Sequence record: SRR31156797_3857
Reading direction: 5' to 3' (one strand)
DNA: 64,000 bases
In this document: positions 40,876 through 51,943 of the stretch, piece by piece
Position numbering within the stretch: position 1 is the first letter of the stretch
Layout of the letters: every line of letters begins with the position of its first letter
Made by a program: the position numbers and the translations under genes
Notes under the pieces: generated by a model
What the model was told of the DNA's origin: nothing
Database searches by the model: none
The model's input: only the letters and a program-made list of their open reading frames with translations

Positions 40876-42258
40876 TTATAATGAGTTTAGAAACGCGACT
40901 AAAGCTTCACGCTCTTTTTTATCGAACTGAAGAACTTTATCTTTCGCTGGTTGTGCTTCTCCACCATGCCAAAGAACAGCCTCCAATACATTGCGAGCTC
41001 GGCCATCATGAAGAAAATAAGTATGACCGTTAACTTCTTGGGTATAGCCAATGCCCCACAGTGGTGGTGTACGCCATTCATTTCCAGACGCTAATGCTTC
41101 TGGTCGACCATCACTCAGCCCTTCGCCCATATCATGCAGCAACAGGTCTGTATAAGGATGGATAGTCTGATCCGATAATGCTGGTTGCTCAGGTATCTTC
41201 GCAGTTTTGATCTCCGTTTTATGACAGCTATTACAGCCTACGTCATTAAACAGAGTTTTACCTAACTGAACGTCAGGATCATTAACATTACGACGGATAG
41301 GAACGGCTAAGTGCTGAGAGTAGAATTCGACGAAATCTAGAATATTATCGCTCACCTCTAACTGCCCACCATTTGGTAACTCTTCACAGAGCGTTTGATG
41401 CACAGTACAGTTTTCTTGCGGAAACAATGAGCTGGTTAACCCTAAGTCACCATTAAAAGCGGCTGCATTTTGCTGCATCAAAGAGGGCTGTCCTGCTTTC
41501 CATCCGAAACGGCCCAACGCTTTTGAATTTGTACGTACATCCCAAACTCTATTAGCACGTCCAGAAATACCATCGCCATTGGTGTCATTCTCATCTTGCC
41601 AAGAGAGAATCGTCGATTCTGGAATGGCCTCTAATAGACCTAAACCAATCATTGGTGGTGCAACACGAGCAGAAAACTGGGTCTCAGGGTGCATAGGACC
41701 ATAGGCAAGGTTGGTGATGGTTAAATTAGGCTTACGTAGGACTACAGGTGTGCCATCGGCAAACTTAATTACCACTTCATCATAGTCAATGTTGATCGTT
41801 CCTTCAGGATGTTGCTCTGGCAGAGCAAAGTCCTGTAATTGATCACCATACACAGGCTCGGGAACCACGCCGGCCATGTCATACATTGCTTTATCTTTGT
41901 CTGTCTTCGCAGGGATACTTAATCTCACCAGCATCGAGACCGCGAGCGTATCGTGCTCTTCAGGAGGATGGCCACGACCATCTTTGATATGACAGTTTTG
42001 ACAACCGTTAGTGTTAAATAGAGGGCCTAAGCCATCTCGGGCATCCGTTGAGGCCGGAGCTGGCACCCAAGGGTTACGAAAAAAGCTATTTCCAACGCTA
42101 AAATCTAGGCGCTTAGTCATTGGTAAATTTGAAGCTGGCATTGAATAGGCGTTTGGGCCCGATTTGGATGTACTTGTTCCGCCACCGGATCTCACGTCTT
42201 CAGCCACAGCCTGACAAGAGGCCAAGCTAATTAGGAGTGCTGAAAAATACGACTTCAT
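40876..42258 (-). CDS. Di-heme oxidoreductase family protein (DUF1111)
   Basis: Two CxxCH motifs (CQNCH, CNSCH); GRFGWKA, WRTPPLWG and LHDGRAR. Confidence 0.9.
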   Translation of the reverse strand: MKSYFSALLISLASCQAVAEDVRSGGGTSTSKSGPNAYSMPASNLPMTKRLDFSVGNSFFRNPWVPAPASTDARDGLGPLFNTNGCQNCHIKDGRGHPPEEHDTLAVSMLVRLSIPAKTDKDKAMYDMAGVVPEPVYGDQLQDFALPEQHPEGTINIDYDEVVIKFADGTPVVLRKPNLTITNLAYGPMHPETQFSARVAPPMIGLGLLEAIPESTILSWQDENDTNGDGISGRANRVWDVRTNSKALGRFGWKAGQPSLMQQNAAAFNGDLGLTSSLFPQENCTVHQTLCEELPNGGQLEVSDNILDFVEFYSQHLAVPIRRNVNDPDVQLGKTLFNDVGCNSCHKTEIKTAKIPEQPALSDQTIHPYTDLLLHDMGEGLSDGRPEALASGNEWRTPPLWGIGYTQEVNGHTYFLHDGRARNVLEAVLWHGGEAQPAKDKVLQFDKKEREALVAFLNSL

Positions 42259-42439
42259 GACATTTACTCATTGTTTCTGTGTAGTTACCAATACAAGTAC
42301 GGATGCTCATATCGTAGAGGTAATAAAAAGCAATAAACCCAACCATGAGAGACTAAACAACGAGTCCTCGTGATTGGGTATCACTCAGCCCATTGCCAGT
42401 AGTATAAGTACTGGCTATGGCTGGTCACTTTATCCGAGA

Positions 42440-43699
42440 TTAAAACTCGTGATCCGCTGTATCTGGGTTTAGGTTATCGATACCAATAATACCCGCAGCA
42501 CGCTCAATAGAGGCAGTTTGAGCAACCAGACCGGTAATCGCTTGATTGACTAGCGCATTACCCTGTGCGTTATCCGCTGCAATGAGTTGGTCAAAGTGGA
42601 CATTGTTCTTCTCTGCAGAAGTAACAAGCTTGCCCACTTCTGCGCGAGAAGCTTCGAACTGAGCCAGAATATCTTTTGCTGCTGACGCGTCTTTCGCTGC
42701 CACTAGGTCATTAATACTCGGACCTGTTAGCTTAGAACCGTCTGCACGTGAGTAAGAACCTGTGTAGATGTTGTAAATACCTTGCTCATTGAAGTAGTGA
42801 GAGTTGTGAGTGTTATCAGAGAAACAATCATGCTCATCTTCTGTTGAGTTCGCTTCTAAAGCCACTTTCATGCGCTCACCAGCAAGCTCACCTAACGATA
42901 GTGAACCCATACCAAACAACATTTTACGAATGCCGTTAGTTGACGAATCACTAAGTAGCTCTTGACGGTAATTACCTTGCTCTTCAGCAGACCACTGTTT
43001 TTCCATCCATTCAAGATCTTGAACAAGCAGTTGTACCGAAGCTTTCAGATATTGGGCACGACGGTCACAGTTACCGTTAGTACATGCTGAACCTTGAGCA
43101 TAGTCAGTATAAGGACGAGCACCAGCACCTGAATGAGTGCCGTTCAGATCTTGGCCCCAAAGTAAAAACTCAATTGCATGATAACCAGAAGCTACGTTTG
43201 CTTCTGAGCCACCAATTTCGTTTAGGTCAGCAATCAGCTCCGGTGTAATAGAAGAAGCGTCAACAGTGGTTGCACCGATTGTGATTGATTTGTTGCCAAC
43301 AATATTCGCGTTCGCACCTTCATTACCAAGCTCATATTGGTAATCCGTCGCTACATAGTCGATCAAACCTTCATCGAGTGGCCATGCATTTAACTGGCCT
43401 TCCCAGTCGTCAACTACGGCGTTACCAAAACGAAAAACTTCAGACTGTTGGTAAGGTACACGAGCAGCTAGCCAAGCTTTTTTAACATCTTGTAGCTTTA
43501 CATCTGATGGTGATGCAAGGAACGCATCAACCGACTTTTCTAGGTTTTGTGCTGTGGTAAGTGAATCCGCAAATACCGCGTGAGCGATATCAGCGTAGTT
43601 TTCGACAACCTGTTGTTGAGTTACTGCAGCGAATCCAGTCGCGCTTGCCAATGCAAGAGAAGCGGTAATAGATTGGACTAAAAATGTTTTAACTTTCAT
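42440..43699 (-). CDS. irpA: Imelysin family iron-regulated protein A
   Basis: LNAWPLDEG, SGYHAIEFLLWGQD and EDEHDCFSDNT motifs; upstream Fur box. Confidence 0.85.
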   Translation of the reverse strand: MKVKTFLVQSITASLALASATGFAAVTQQQVVENYADIAHAVFADSLTTAQNLEKSVDAFLASPSDVKLQDVKKAWLAARVPYQQSEVFRFGNAVVDDWEGQLNAWPLDEGLIDYVATDYQYELGNEGANANIVGNKSITIGATTVDASSITPELIADLNEIGGSEANVASGYHAIEFLLWGQDLNGTHSGAGARPYTDYAQGSACTNGNCDRRAQYLKASVQLLVQDLEWMEKQWSAEEQGNYRQELLSDSSTNGIRKMLFGMGSLSLGELAGERMKVALEANSTEDEHDCFSDNTHNSHYFNEQGIYNIYTGSYSRADGSKLTGPSINDLVAAKDASAAKDILAQFEASRAEVGKLVTSAEKNNVHFDQLIAADNAQGNALVNQAITGLVAQTASIERAAGIIGIDNLNPDTADHEF

Positions 43700-43734
43700 T
43701 GAAGCATCCTTGTTGAGCGTTATTATCTTGTAGT

Positions 43735-43753
43735 GCTAATTATTCTCATTTGC
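43735..43753 (-). promoter_or_regulatory. Fur box
   Basis: GCAAATGAGAATAATTAGC matches 14/19 of GATAATGATAATCATTATC, inside a TAGTGC...GCACTA dyad (43731-43757). Confidence 0.8.
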
Positions 43754-43803
43754 ACTATTAAGTGAGAATAATACAAATTTACATTTTATTTGCAAGCAGT
43801 AAC

Positions 43804-43833
43804 AAAAAAAACCTCACTTTCGTGAGGTTTTTT
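43804..43833 (-). terminator. Intrinsic terminator after ribA
   Basis: AAAAAAACCTCAC/GTGAGGTTTTTT. Confidence 0.85.
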
Positions 43834-43859
43834 CATACTAAAATAACAACTGGCTCAAA

Positions 43860-44456
43860 TTACAACTTCAAATTGTGCTTACCATGAGACACTTTAGCCT
43901 TCAAATAACTCTCGTTACCTGACTTAATGTGTGCGGCTGTGTTAACAACCTCTACAATTTCAATGCCATGTTCACGTAGTTCATTCACCTTTTTCGGGTT
44001 GTTGGTCACCAGGCGAATTTTTTGGATACCTAATGCTTTAAGCATTTGAGCCGCTTCAGTGAAGTCTCGTAGATCGTCGCCAAAACCTAGATGGTTGTTA
44101 GCTTCATAGGTGTTCATCCCTTGGCTTTGCAGGCGATAAGCATCAATCTTGTTGTACAGACCTATACCACGCCCTTCCTGACGCAAATATAAAATGATCC
44201 CACCATGCTCACCCATCTTTTCGATCGTTTCTTCAAGCTGTTCTCCGCAATCACAGCGTGAAGAATGAAAGACATCACCGGTTAAGCACTCTGAGTGCAT
44301 CCTGACTAACGGGACATCCTGGGTTTTGTCTACAGATTTGAAAATAACAGCAATGTGCTCTTTTTCTGTTTCTAGTCCTTTGAATGAGAGGATTTCAGCA
44401 TCAATTGTGCTTTTTGAACCTACTTTCAAATCGACTCTGGCTCTAACTTCCGCCAT
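43860..44456 (-). CDS. ribA: GTP cyclohydrolase II
   Basis: [28 protein letters not shown] and TNNPKK motifs; ATG at 44456 preferred to GTG at 44468. Confidence 0.95.
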   Translation of the reverse strand: MAEVRARVDLKVGSKSTIDAEILSFKGLETEKEHIAVIFKSVDKTQDVPLVRMHSECLTGDVFHSSRCDCGEQLEETIEKMGEHGGIILYLRQEGRGIGLYNKIDAYRLQSQGMNTYEANNHLGFGDDLRDFTEAAQMLKALGIQKIRLVTNNPKKVNELREHGIEIVEVVNTAAHIKSGNESYLKAKVSHGKHNLKL

Positions 44457-44611
44457 ATCAGTACTCACTTCACTTAAACATTACTACTACACAGTCGTTA
44501 AAATTTTTCTTTTAGTTAGAGAACAACGATCACGCCTTTAACAATAGACGTGTTGTTTTTCAGCTCACTAACAGAGACTGTGTGTTCGAATACGCTAATC
44601 TTGCCATAACT

Positions 44612-44637
44612 ATGGGGGTTGAATCCCCGCTTTTCAA
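44612..44637 (-). promoter_or_regulatory. Sigma32 (RpoH)-type promoter facing ribA
   Basis: TTGAAA-N14-CCCCAT. Confidence 0.65.
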
Positions 44638-44708
44638 TAAAAAGATGCGACTTAGTTTAGCCAACTAAATGACCGCTTTGAATGCAGTCGTTAGTTATAT
44701 CGGTTAAT

Positions 44709-44723
44709 TGTTATAATATAACA
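44709..44723. promoter_or_regulatory. Zur box
   Basis: Perfect 7-1-7 palindrome TGTTATA-A-TATAACA, overlapping the -10 of a minus-strand TTGCTG-N16-TATTAT promoter. Confidence 0.85.
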
Positions 44724-44800
44724 TTTTTAGCAAACAGCAAGAAAAAACCCAGAGATTATATTAACCTCTGGTTTTAAAATTTCGGTCTATATAGCTAGAC

Positions 44801-44968
44801 TCACTGACTCTGTGAATTTTTCCACACAACGAATTCAATCCAGAGTTGTTCTAGCTCTTTTAACTCTTCATCAGTTAATAAAGATAAAGTCGATTTTGAC
44901 TGCGGCAAATTATAAGGTTGCAGAGAACTGATTTGCTCGTAAAAAATTTTTTTTAAATTGGAAATCAT
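44801..44968 (-). CDS. Small hypothetical protein, 55 aa, absent from the ORF track
   Basis: Hand-translated: MISNLKKIFYEQISSLQPYNLPQSKSTLSLLTDEELKELEQLWIEFVVWKNSQSQ; weak GGA RBS; hairpin downstream near 44748-44774. Confidence 0.6.
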   Translation of the reverse strand: MISNLKKIFYEQISSLQPYNLPQSKSTLSLLTDEELKELEQLWIEFVVWKNSQSQ

Positions 44969-45340
44969 TAAATTGTCCACTGCCTAAATCCGTAAAAAAG
45001 CATTGATTCTCAAAAATAATACCAGCTTTTGTTCAATTTTGTGACAATTAACATACAAATGGAACTATTGTCACACTTTATTCTCGATTCTATTTTTGAT
45101 CCATAATTGGTAATAAATGATCCAATTGAGGCTGATAAGATCAAATAAATAAGTTAATTTCTATTACTGATAAAATACAAAATTAAATTATTAAATCTCG
45201 ATAAAAGTGGAATAATAATAAATATTAAATCCATATTAATATTTAATAAACCCAGCTACTGGAGCAATATTATATTTTACTTAATGGCGAACGGTAAAGT
45301 ATTTGAGCCATTATTTTGAAATAAATGATAAATGAACAAT

Positions 45341-45369
45341 AAAAAAGCCGAGTATTTCTACTCGGCTTT
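45341..45369 (-). terminator. Intrinsic terminator after gyrA
   Basis: AAAAAAGCCGAGTA/TACTCGGCTTT. Confidence 0.88.
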
Positions 45370-45387
45370 ATGATTAGAATAAAAACT

Positions 45388-48030
45388 TTATTCAGTTTCG
45401 CTATCTGAGTCCGTTTCTGCAGGAGGTTCTACCGAAGTCGTTTCCGAAGTATCTGTCGCTTCTACAGCTTCAGTTGCGTCTTCTCCTTCTAGGAGTTCCA
45501 CTTCTTCGATCTCTTCGATACGTTGCAACCCAACCACTTTCTCATCTTCAGCAGTACGGATCAATGTAACACCTTGAGTATTACGACCAACCTGACTTAC
45601 TTCAGAAACGCGTGTACGAACCAAGGTACCTGCGTTAGTGATCATCATGAACTCATCGCCTTCTTCCGCTTGTACCGCACCAATCACTGAACCATTACGC
45701 TCAGAAACTTTTATGGATAAAACACCTTGAGTTGCACGACTCTTCGCTGGGTACTCACCAAGAACAGTACGTTTACCATAACCATTTTCTGTTACGGTCA
45801 GGATATCACCGTCAGTCTTAGGAACGATCAATGAAACGATTTGATCTTCGCCATTGAGTTTCATACCACGTACACCAGCGGCAGTACGACCCATTGCACG
45901 AACTTGTTGCTCGTTAAAGCGAACCACTTTACCCGATTGCGAGAACAGCATGATGTCGTTGTTACCATCAGTGATATCGACACCGATCAGTGAATCTTCA
46001 TCACGTAGGTTAAGAGCAATCAAACCATTTGCACGAACGTTGGCAAACTGATCTAAAGAGGTCTTCTTAACCGTACCATCACCGGTCGCCATAAAGATAA
46101 ACTTATCGTCGCTGAACTCTGTTACTGGCAGAATTGCAGTGATGCGTTCGTTATCTTCAAGAGGTAACAAGTTGACGATTGGCTTACCACGAGCTGTACG
46201 GCTTGCTAGAGGTAATTGATATGTTTTCAGGCGATAAGTCTTACCACGCGTTGAGAAACATAAAATATTGTCGTGAGTATTCGCAACCAGAAGACGCTCA
46301 ATGTAATCTTCATCTTTCATGCGCGTTGCACTCTTACCACGGCCACCACGGCGTTGAGACTCGTAGTCGCTCAGAATTTGGTACTTAACGTAACCTTCGT
46401 GAGAAAGTGTAACGACAACATCTTCACGAGCAATAAGCTCTTCCATATCGATATCGTGGCTAGCTGCGGTAATTTCAGTACGACGAGCGTCACCGAAACC
46501 ATCGCGAACCGCTTCTAATTCTTCACGGATTACTTCCATCAAGCGTTCAGTGCTTGAAAGAATAAGCATTAACTCTGCAATTTCTTCTAGAAGCTGTTTG
46601 TACTCATCAAGAATCTTTTCATGCTCTAAACCCGTTAAACGGTGTAGGCGTAACTCAAGAATCGCTTGTGCTTGTTGCTCAGTCAGGAAGTATTGACCAT
46701 CGCGGATACCGTACTGAGGCTCTAGCCATTCTGGACGAGCTGCATCAGTACCTGCACGCTCAAGCATGCCAGCTACATTACCAAGATCCCAACCACGCGC
46801 AATCAAACCTGCTTTTGCTTCCGCAGGAGTCGGTGCGTTACGAATTAACTCGATGATTTCATCGATATTCGCAAGAGCAAGGGCTAGTGCTTCAAGGATA
46901 TGGGCACGGTCACGAGCTTTACGCAGTTCAAAGATAGTACGACGAGTCACAACTTCACGACGGTGGTCAACGAAGCATTTGATCATCTCTTTCAGGTTAA
47001 ACAGTTTTGGCTGACCATGTTCCAGCGCAACCATGTTAATACCGAAAGTCGTTTGAAGCTGAGTGTTTGCGTATAGGTTGTTCAGTACAACTTCACCCAC
47101 AGCGTCGCGCTTACACTCAATAACAATACGCATACCATCTTTATCTGATTCGTCGCGTAGTGCACTGATACCTTCAACTTTTTTATCTTTAACTAATTCA
47201 GCAATCTTCTCAATCAAGCGAGCTTTGTTCACCTGATATGGAATCTCTGTAACGATAATGGTTTCTTTGCCACCCTTGTCAGCTTCAATGTCAGCTTTTG
47301 AGCGCATATAAACCTTGCCGCGACCAGTCTTATACGCATCAATGATGCCTTTACGACCACTGATCAATGCAGCAGTTGGGAAGTCTGGCCCTGGGATGTA
47401 ATCCATCAGTTCATCGATAGTGATCTCTTCATTATCAATGTAAGCCAAACACCCACCCACGACTTCTGTTAAGTTGTGTGGTGGAATATTGGTTGCCATA
47501 CCTACCGCGATACCAGAAGCACCGTTAACAAGCAGGTTAGGAACTTTAGTAGGAAGTACAGCAGGAATCTGCTCTGTACCGTCGTAGTTATCTACGTAGT
47601 CTACCGTTTCTTTATCTAAGTCAGCCAATAGTTCATGGGCGATTTTAGACATACGAACTTCGGTATAACGCATCGCCGCAGCGGAGTCGCCATCAATAGA
47701 ACCAAAGTTACCTTGACCATCGGCAAGCATGTAACGAAGTGAAAACGGTTGGGCCATACGAACAATTGTGTCGTATACAGCGCTATCACCATGTGGGTGA
47801 TATTTACCGATAACGTCACCTACCACACGGGCAGACTTTTTATATGGTTTATTCCAATCGTTGCCCAGCACGTTCATCGCGAATAAAACGCGGCGGTGTA
47901 CTGGTTTTAGGCCATCACGCACATCTGGAAGAGCACGACCAACGATAACTGACATCGCATAGTCTAGGTATGAACCTCGAAGCTCATCTTCAATGTTTAC
48001 GGGCGTGATCTCTTTAGCTAGATCGCTCAT
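45388..48030 (-). CDS. gyrA: DNA gyrase subunit A
   Basis: [12 protein letters not shown] (wild-type S83/D87), AAMRYTE, GyrA box QRRGGRG, acidic tail. Confidence 0.98.
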   Translation of the reverse strand: MSDLAKEITPVNIEDELRGSYLDYAMSVIVGRALPDVRDGLKPVHRRVLFAMNVLGNDWNKPYKKSARVVGDVIGKYHPHGDSAVYDTIVRMAQPFSLRYMLADGQGNFGSIDGDSAAAMRYTEVRMSKIAHELLADLDKETVDYVDNYDGTEQIPAVLPTKVPNLLVNGASGIAVGMATNIPPHNLTEVVGGCLAYIDNEEITIDELMDYIPGPDFPTAALISGRKGIIDAYKTGRGKVYMRSKADIEADKGGKETIIVTEIPYQVNKARLIEKIAELVKDKKVEGISALRDESDKDGMRIVIECKRDAVGEVVLNNLYANTQLQTTFGINMVALEHGQPKLFNLKEMIKCFVDHRREVVTRRTIFELRKARDRAHILEALALALANIDEIIELIRNAPTPAEAKAGLIARGWDLGNVAGMLERAGTDAARPEWLEPQYGIRDGQYFLTEQQAQAILELRLHRLTGLEHEKILDEYKQLLEEIAELMLILSSTERLMEVIREELEAVRDGFGDARRTEITAASHDIDMEELIAREDVVVTLSHEGYVKYQILSDYESQRRGGRGKSATRMKDEDYIERLLVANTHDNILCFSTRGKTYRLKTYQLPLASRTARGKPIVNLLPLEDNERITAILPVTEFSDDKFIFMATGDGTVKKTSLDQFANVRANGLIALNLRDEDSLIGVDITDGNNDIMLFSQSGKVVRFNEQQVRAMGRTAAGVRGMKLNGEDQIVSLIVPKTDGDILTVTENGYGKRTVLGEYPAKSRATQGVLSIKVSERNGSVIGAVQAEEGDEFMMITNAGTLVRTRVSEVSQVGRNTQGVTLIRTAEDEKVVGLQRIEEIEEVELLEGEDATEAVEATDTSETTSVEPPAETDSDSETE

Positions 48031-48428
48031 AGAGCCATTATCCCTCTATAGTTTGATCGGTATATCCGGACAGACAACTATTATAAAATAAGCCTAATAG
48101 ACGCTGTTTTTCGATTCCCAGATATTATTGATACTTATAAGGTGAAAAAATATAACACAACTTATTACGCTTCGGCATAACTTTCATCGTCCTTTTATCA
48201 GGTTGTGACGATTATTACTTTAAAATCGTAGAGAAATTACACATAAGCCGCATATCCAACTGAAAAGCGGTTATTTTTCACCCAACCATTTTACTGTTTG
48301 ACCAAAACAAACAAAACACAATCCATTCAATTTAGCCATCAGTGACCCAATACGTAAGATTCATAGGTTACTTGGCTATATTTATGACGTTATAATGCCC
48401 GCAGATAAGTACTAAAGGCAAATACCCT

Positions 48429-49142
48429 ATGACGACAATCAATAATCAAAACGTCGACTTAAACGAAATTAAAAAATTTGAAGATATGGCGTCTCGCTGG
48501 TGGGACTTAGATGGCGAGTTCAAACCACTCCATCAAATCAACCCTCTACGCTTAAACTTCGTACTCGATAAAGCTCAAGGTCTATTTGGCAAAAAAGTAC
48601 TCGATGTTGGATGCGGCGGCGGAATCCTCGCGGAAAGTATGGCGCGTGAAGGCGCAGAGGTGACAGGCTTAGATATGGGTAAAGAGCCATTAGAAGTCGC
48701 TAGGCTGCACGCTTTAGAGACAGGTACTAAGCTTACTTACATTCAAAGCACCATTGAAGATCATGCGAAAGAAAACCCACAGAGCTATGATGTAGTGACT
48801 TGCATGGAAATGCTGGAGCACGTTCCTGACCCACTCTCAGTGATTAAATCGTGTGAAACTCTGGTAAAACCAGGCGGCCATGTTTTCTTTTCGACGCTAA
48901 ATCGTAATTTTAAATCTTACCTCTTTGCTATTGTCGGTGCCGAAAAGCTAATGAAGATCGTCCCAGACGGCACTCATGATCATGAAAAGTTTATCCGTCC
49001 TTCTGAACTACTAAAGATGGTGGATCAAACTCACCTCAAAGAACAAGCCATTACCGGCCTATTATACAATCCACTCACCGATACTTATCGTTTAGGTCGA
49101 AACGTAGATGTGAACTATATTGTTCACACTCGCCTACTGTAA
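48429..49142 (+). CDS. ubiG: Ubiquinone biosynthesis O-methyltransferase
   Basis: [22 protein letters not shown] and EMLEHV motifs. Confidence 0.96.
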   Translation: MTTINNQNVDLNEIKKFEDMASRWWDLDGEFKPLHQINPLRLNFVLDKAQGLFGKKVLDVGCGGGILAESMAREGAEVTGLDMGKEPLEVARLHALETGTKLTYIQSTIEDHAKENPQSYDVVTCMEMLEHVPDPLSVIKSCETLVKPGGHVFFSTLNRNFKSYLFAIVGAEKLMKIVPDGTHDHEKFIRPSELLKMVDQTHLKEQAITGLLYNPLTDTYRLGRNVDVNYIVHTRLL

Positions 49143-49154
49143 TTTTTGAAACAA

Positions 49155-49182
49155 AAATTGAGGGTTTTGTAACCCTCAATTT
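49155..49182 (+). terminator. Hairpin after ubiG
   Basis: AAATTGAGGGTT/AACCCTCAATTT. Confidence 0.65.
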
Positions 49183-49384
49183 CATCATTTATATGCACAA
49201 ATTTCGTGCAGTTCGTTCCATTTTGAAGCATCTGATTTTGGGGAGAAAATTTTGTCAAAGATCAAGGAAATTTTTTTTTAATCGGTTACGAAAAAACCAA
49301 TCTTGAAAAGCCGATTTTTGACAATCAACTCTGTTCTTAGATCATCAGTTAGTGACTACTAACGTAATTTTTTATTTTCCCAAG

Positions 49385-49393
49385 TTATCCACA
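49385..49393 (+). promoter_or_regulatory. DnaA box in the nrdAB promoter
   Basis: TTATCCACA exact match; DnaA control of nrdAB is established in E. coli. Confidence 0.75.
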
Positions 49394-49462
49394 AATATTC
49401 CCCAAACTGCAACTTGCAATGAAGGCTATATAGCACTATGTTGTAACCCAAACACTGATGCA

Positions 49463-49499
49463 CCCCTATATGTAGTGTCTCAACCTCTAGATATAGGCA
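49463..49499 (+). promoter_or_regulatory. Tandem NrdR boxes
   Basis: CCCCTATATGTAGTGT and CCTCTAGATATAGGCA, offset by 21 bp; consensus acaCwAtATaTwGtgt. Confidence 0.8.
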
Positions 49500-49586
49500 G
49501 AGCATAATCACAAAACCGCGAATAACTTCTACAAGAATTACAGTAAAAAGCGGTTTTAATCAGTTTTGTTAGGGAAATGAAGCAGA

Positions 49587-51869
49587 ATGAACCAACAACT
49601 CACTGTCACTAAGCGTGATGGCCGCAAAGAAACTATTGATCTAGAGAAGATCCACCGAGTTATCACATGGGCAGCTGAAGGCTTACAAAATGTCTCAGTA
49701 TCACAAGTAGAACTGCGCGCTCACATTCAGTTCTATGATGGTATTACCACATCTGACATCCATGAGACTATTATCAAGTCAGCAGCCGATCTGATCTCTG
49801 AAGAGAGCCCAGATTACCAATACCTTGCTGCTCGCCTCGCGGTATTCCACCTACGTAAGAAAGCATACGGTCAATATGAGCCACCAGCGCTAATTGATCA
49901 CGTTTCGTCTATGGTAGAAAAAGGTAAGTACGATAAGCACTTACTGGAAGATTACACGCGTGAAGACTTTATCGAGCTAGGTAACTATATCGATCACCGT
50001 CGTGACTTGAACTTCTCGTATGCCGCGGTAAAACAGTTGGAAGGTAAATACTTCGTTCAGAACCGCGTAACCGGTCAGATTTACGAAAGTGCTCAGTTCC
50101 TTTATATCCTGGTAGCTGCTTGCCTATTCGCTAAATACCCGAAAGAAACACGTTTGGATTACATCAAACGCTTCTACGATGCGACATCGACATTTAAAAT
50201 TTCCCTACCTACACCGATTATGTCTGGTGTACGTACGCCTACTCGTCAGTTCAGTTCTTGTGTTCTTATTGAATGTGGCGATAGCTTAGATTCTATTAAC
50301 GCAACAGCGAGCTCAATCGTACGTTACGTTTCCCAACGTGCTGGTATCGGTATCAACGCAGGCCGTATTCGCGCCCTTGGCTCAGAAATTCGCGGTGGTG
50401 AAGCATTCCACACCGGTTGTATCCCATTCTACAAATACTTCCAAACAGCCGTTAAATGTTGTTCTCAAGGTGGTGTTCGTGGCGGTGCGGCAACTGTGTT
50501 CTACCCACTATGGCACGGCGAAGCTCAATCACTACTTGTTCTTAAGAACAACCGTGGTGTTGAAGAGAACCGAGTACGCCACATGGATTACGGTGTACAG
50601 CTCAACAAACTGATGTACCAGCGTTTAGTTGAAGGCGGTAACATCACTCTGTTCTCCCCTTCTGATGTACCGGGTTTATACGATGCATTCTTTGAAGATC
50701 AGGCTGAGTTCGAGCGTTTATACGTTAAGTACGAAAACGATCCTTCGATTAAGAAATCGACAGTGAAAGCTATCGAGATGTTCTCTCTGCTAATGCAAGA
50801 GCGCGCGTCTACAGGCCGTATTTATATTCAAAACGTCGACCACTGTAATACTCACAGCCCATTTGATTCTTCAGTGGCTCCAGTACGCCAATCAAACTTA
50901 TGTTTGGAAATCGCACTGCCAACGAAACCATTAAAGAATGTAGAAGACGACAGCGGCGAAATCGCGCTATGTACTCTGTCTGCATTTAACCTAGGTTCAA
51001 TCGAAAATCTGGATGACTTTGAAGAGTTAGCTGACCTGGTTGTTCGTGCTCTTGATGCGCTATTAGATTATCAAGACTACCCGCTGCCAGCGGCGTACAA
51101 GTCAACCATGAACCGTCGTACCCTAGGTGTGGGCGTAATCAACTACGCATATTACCTAGCGAAAAACGGTGTGAAATATTCTGACGGCAGCGCTAACGGT
51201 CTAACTCACCGTACATTTGAAGCGATGCAATACTACTTGCTAAAAGCTTCTGTACAGTTGGCTAAAGAGCACGGAAAGTGTCCTTTATTCGACGAAACAA
51301 ACTACGCCAAAGGCCTAATGCCAATTGATACGTACAAACGCGACCTGGACAATATCTGTAATGAAGAACTTCATTACGATTGGGACGCGCTACGTAGTGA
51401 AATTATGGAACACGGTCTACGTAACTCAACACTAACAGCACTGATGCCATCTGAGACGTCTTCTCAGATTTCGAATGCGACAAACGGTATTGAACCACCA
51501 CGTGGGTACGTATCCGTAAAAGCATCAAAAGACGGCATTTTGAAGCAAGTTGTGCCAGAGTTCCTAAAATACAAAGAAAACTATGAGTTGCTTTGGAACA
51601 TCGGTTCTAACGATGGTTATCTACACCTGGTTGGTATCATGCAGAAATTCGTTGACCAAGCGATTTCAGCCAACACCAACTATGACCCAAGCCAGTATGA
51701 TTCAGGCAAGGTACCAATGAAGAAACTGCTTCAAGACCTACTGACAGCATACAAGTTTGGTGTGAAAACGCTGTACTACCACAACACTCGTGATGGTGCT
51801 AAAGACGATCAAAAAGACGTGGTTCAGCCACAAGATGATGACTGCGCAGGCGGCGGTTGTAAGATCTAA
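49587..51869 (+). CDS. nrdA: Class Ia ribonucleotide reductase alpha subunit
   Basis: ATP cone VTKRDG; FSSCVL, SNLCLEI, TLYY and C-terminal cysteine pair. Confidence 0.98.
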   Translation: MNQQLTVTKRDGRKETIDLEKIHRVITWAAEGLQNVSVSQVELRAHIQFYDGITTSDIHETIIKSAADLISEESPDYQYLAARLAVFHLRKKAYGQYEPPALIDHVSSMVEKGKYDKHLLEDYTREDFIELGNYIDHRRDLNFSYAAVKQLEGKYFVQNRVTGQIYESAQFLYILVAACLFAKYPKETRLDYIKRFYDATSTFKISLPTPIMSGVRTPTRQFSSCVLIECGDSLDSINATASSIVRYVSQRAGIGINAGRIRALGSEIRGGEAFHTGCIPFYKYFQTAVKCCSQGGVRGGAATVFYPLWHGEAQSLLVLKNNRGVEENRVRHMDYGVQLNKLMYQRLVEGGNITLFSPSDVPGLYDAFFEDQAEFERLYVKYENDPSIKKSTVKAIEMFSLLMQERASTGRIYIQNVDHCNTHSPFDSSVAPVRQSNLCLEIALPTKPLKNVEDDSGEIALCTLSAFNLGSIENLDDFEELADLVVRALDALLDYQDYPLPAAYKSTMNRRTLGVGVINYAYYLAKNGVKYSDGSANGLTHRTFEAMQYYLLKASVQLAKEHGKCPLFDETNYAKGLMPIDTYKRDLDNICNEELHYDWDALRSEIMEHGLRNSTLTALMPSETSSQISNATNGIEPPRGYVSVKASKDGILKQVVPEFLKYKENYELLWNIGSNDGYLHLVGIMQKFVDQAISANTNYDPSQYDSGKVPMKKLLQDLLTAYKFGVKTLYYHNTRDGAKDDQKDVVQPQDDDCAGGGCKI

Positions 51870-51943
51870 TCGGATTGATTGGTAGTTTTTACTTAATGAA
51901 TAATGTCCTTCGCGAAGGCGAAGGGCAAAATGGATGACAGCAA

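Noticed and set aside
44560-44607. 15-codon uORF (MARLAYSNTQSLLVS*) and GGGG/CCCC hairpin in the ribA leader; possible FMN riboswitch
   Set aside because: No SD; the hairpin is better explained as the sigma32 promoter; no conserved FMN riboswitch (RFN) sequence seen
47760-47800. gyrA quinolone-resistance region
   Set aside because: Ser83 and Asp87 are wild type; no resistance allele
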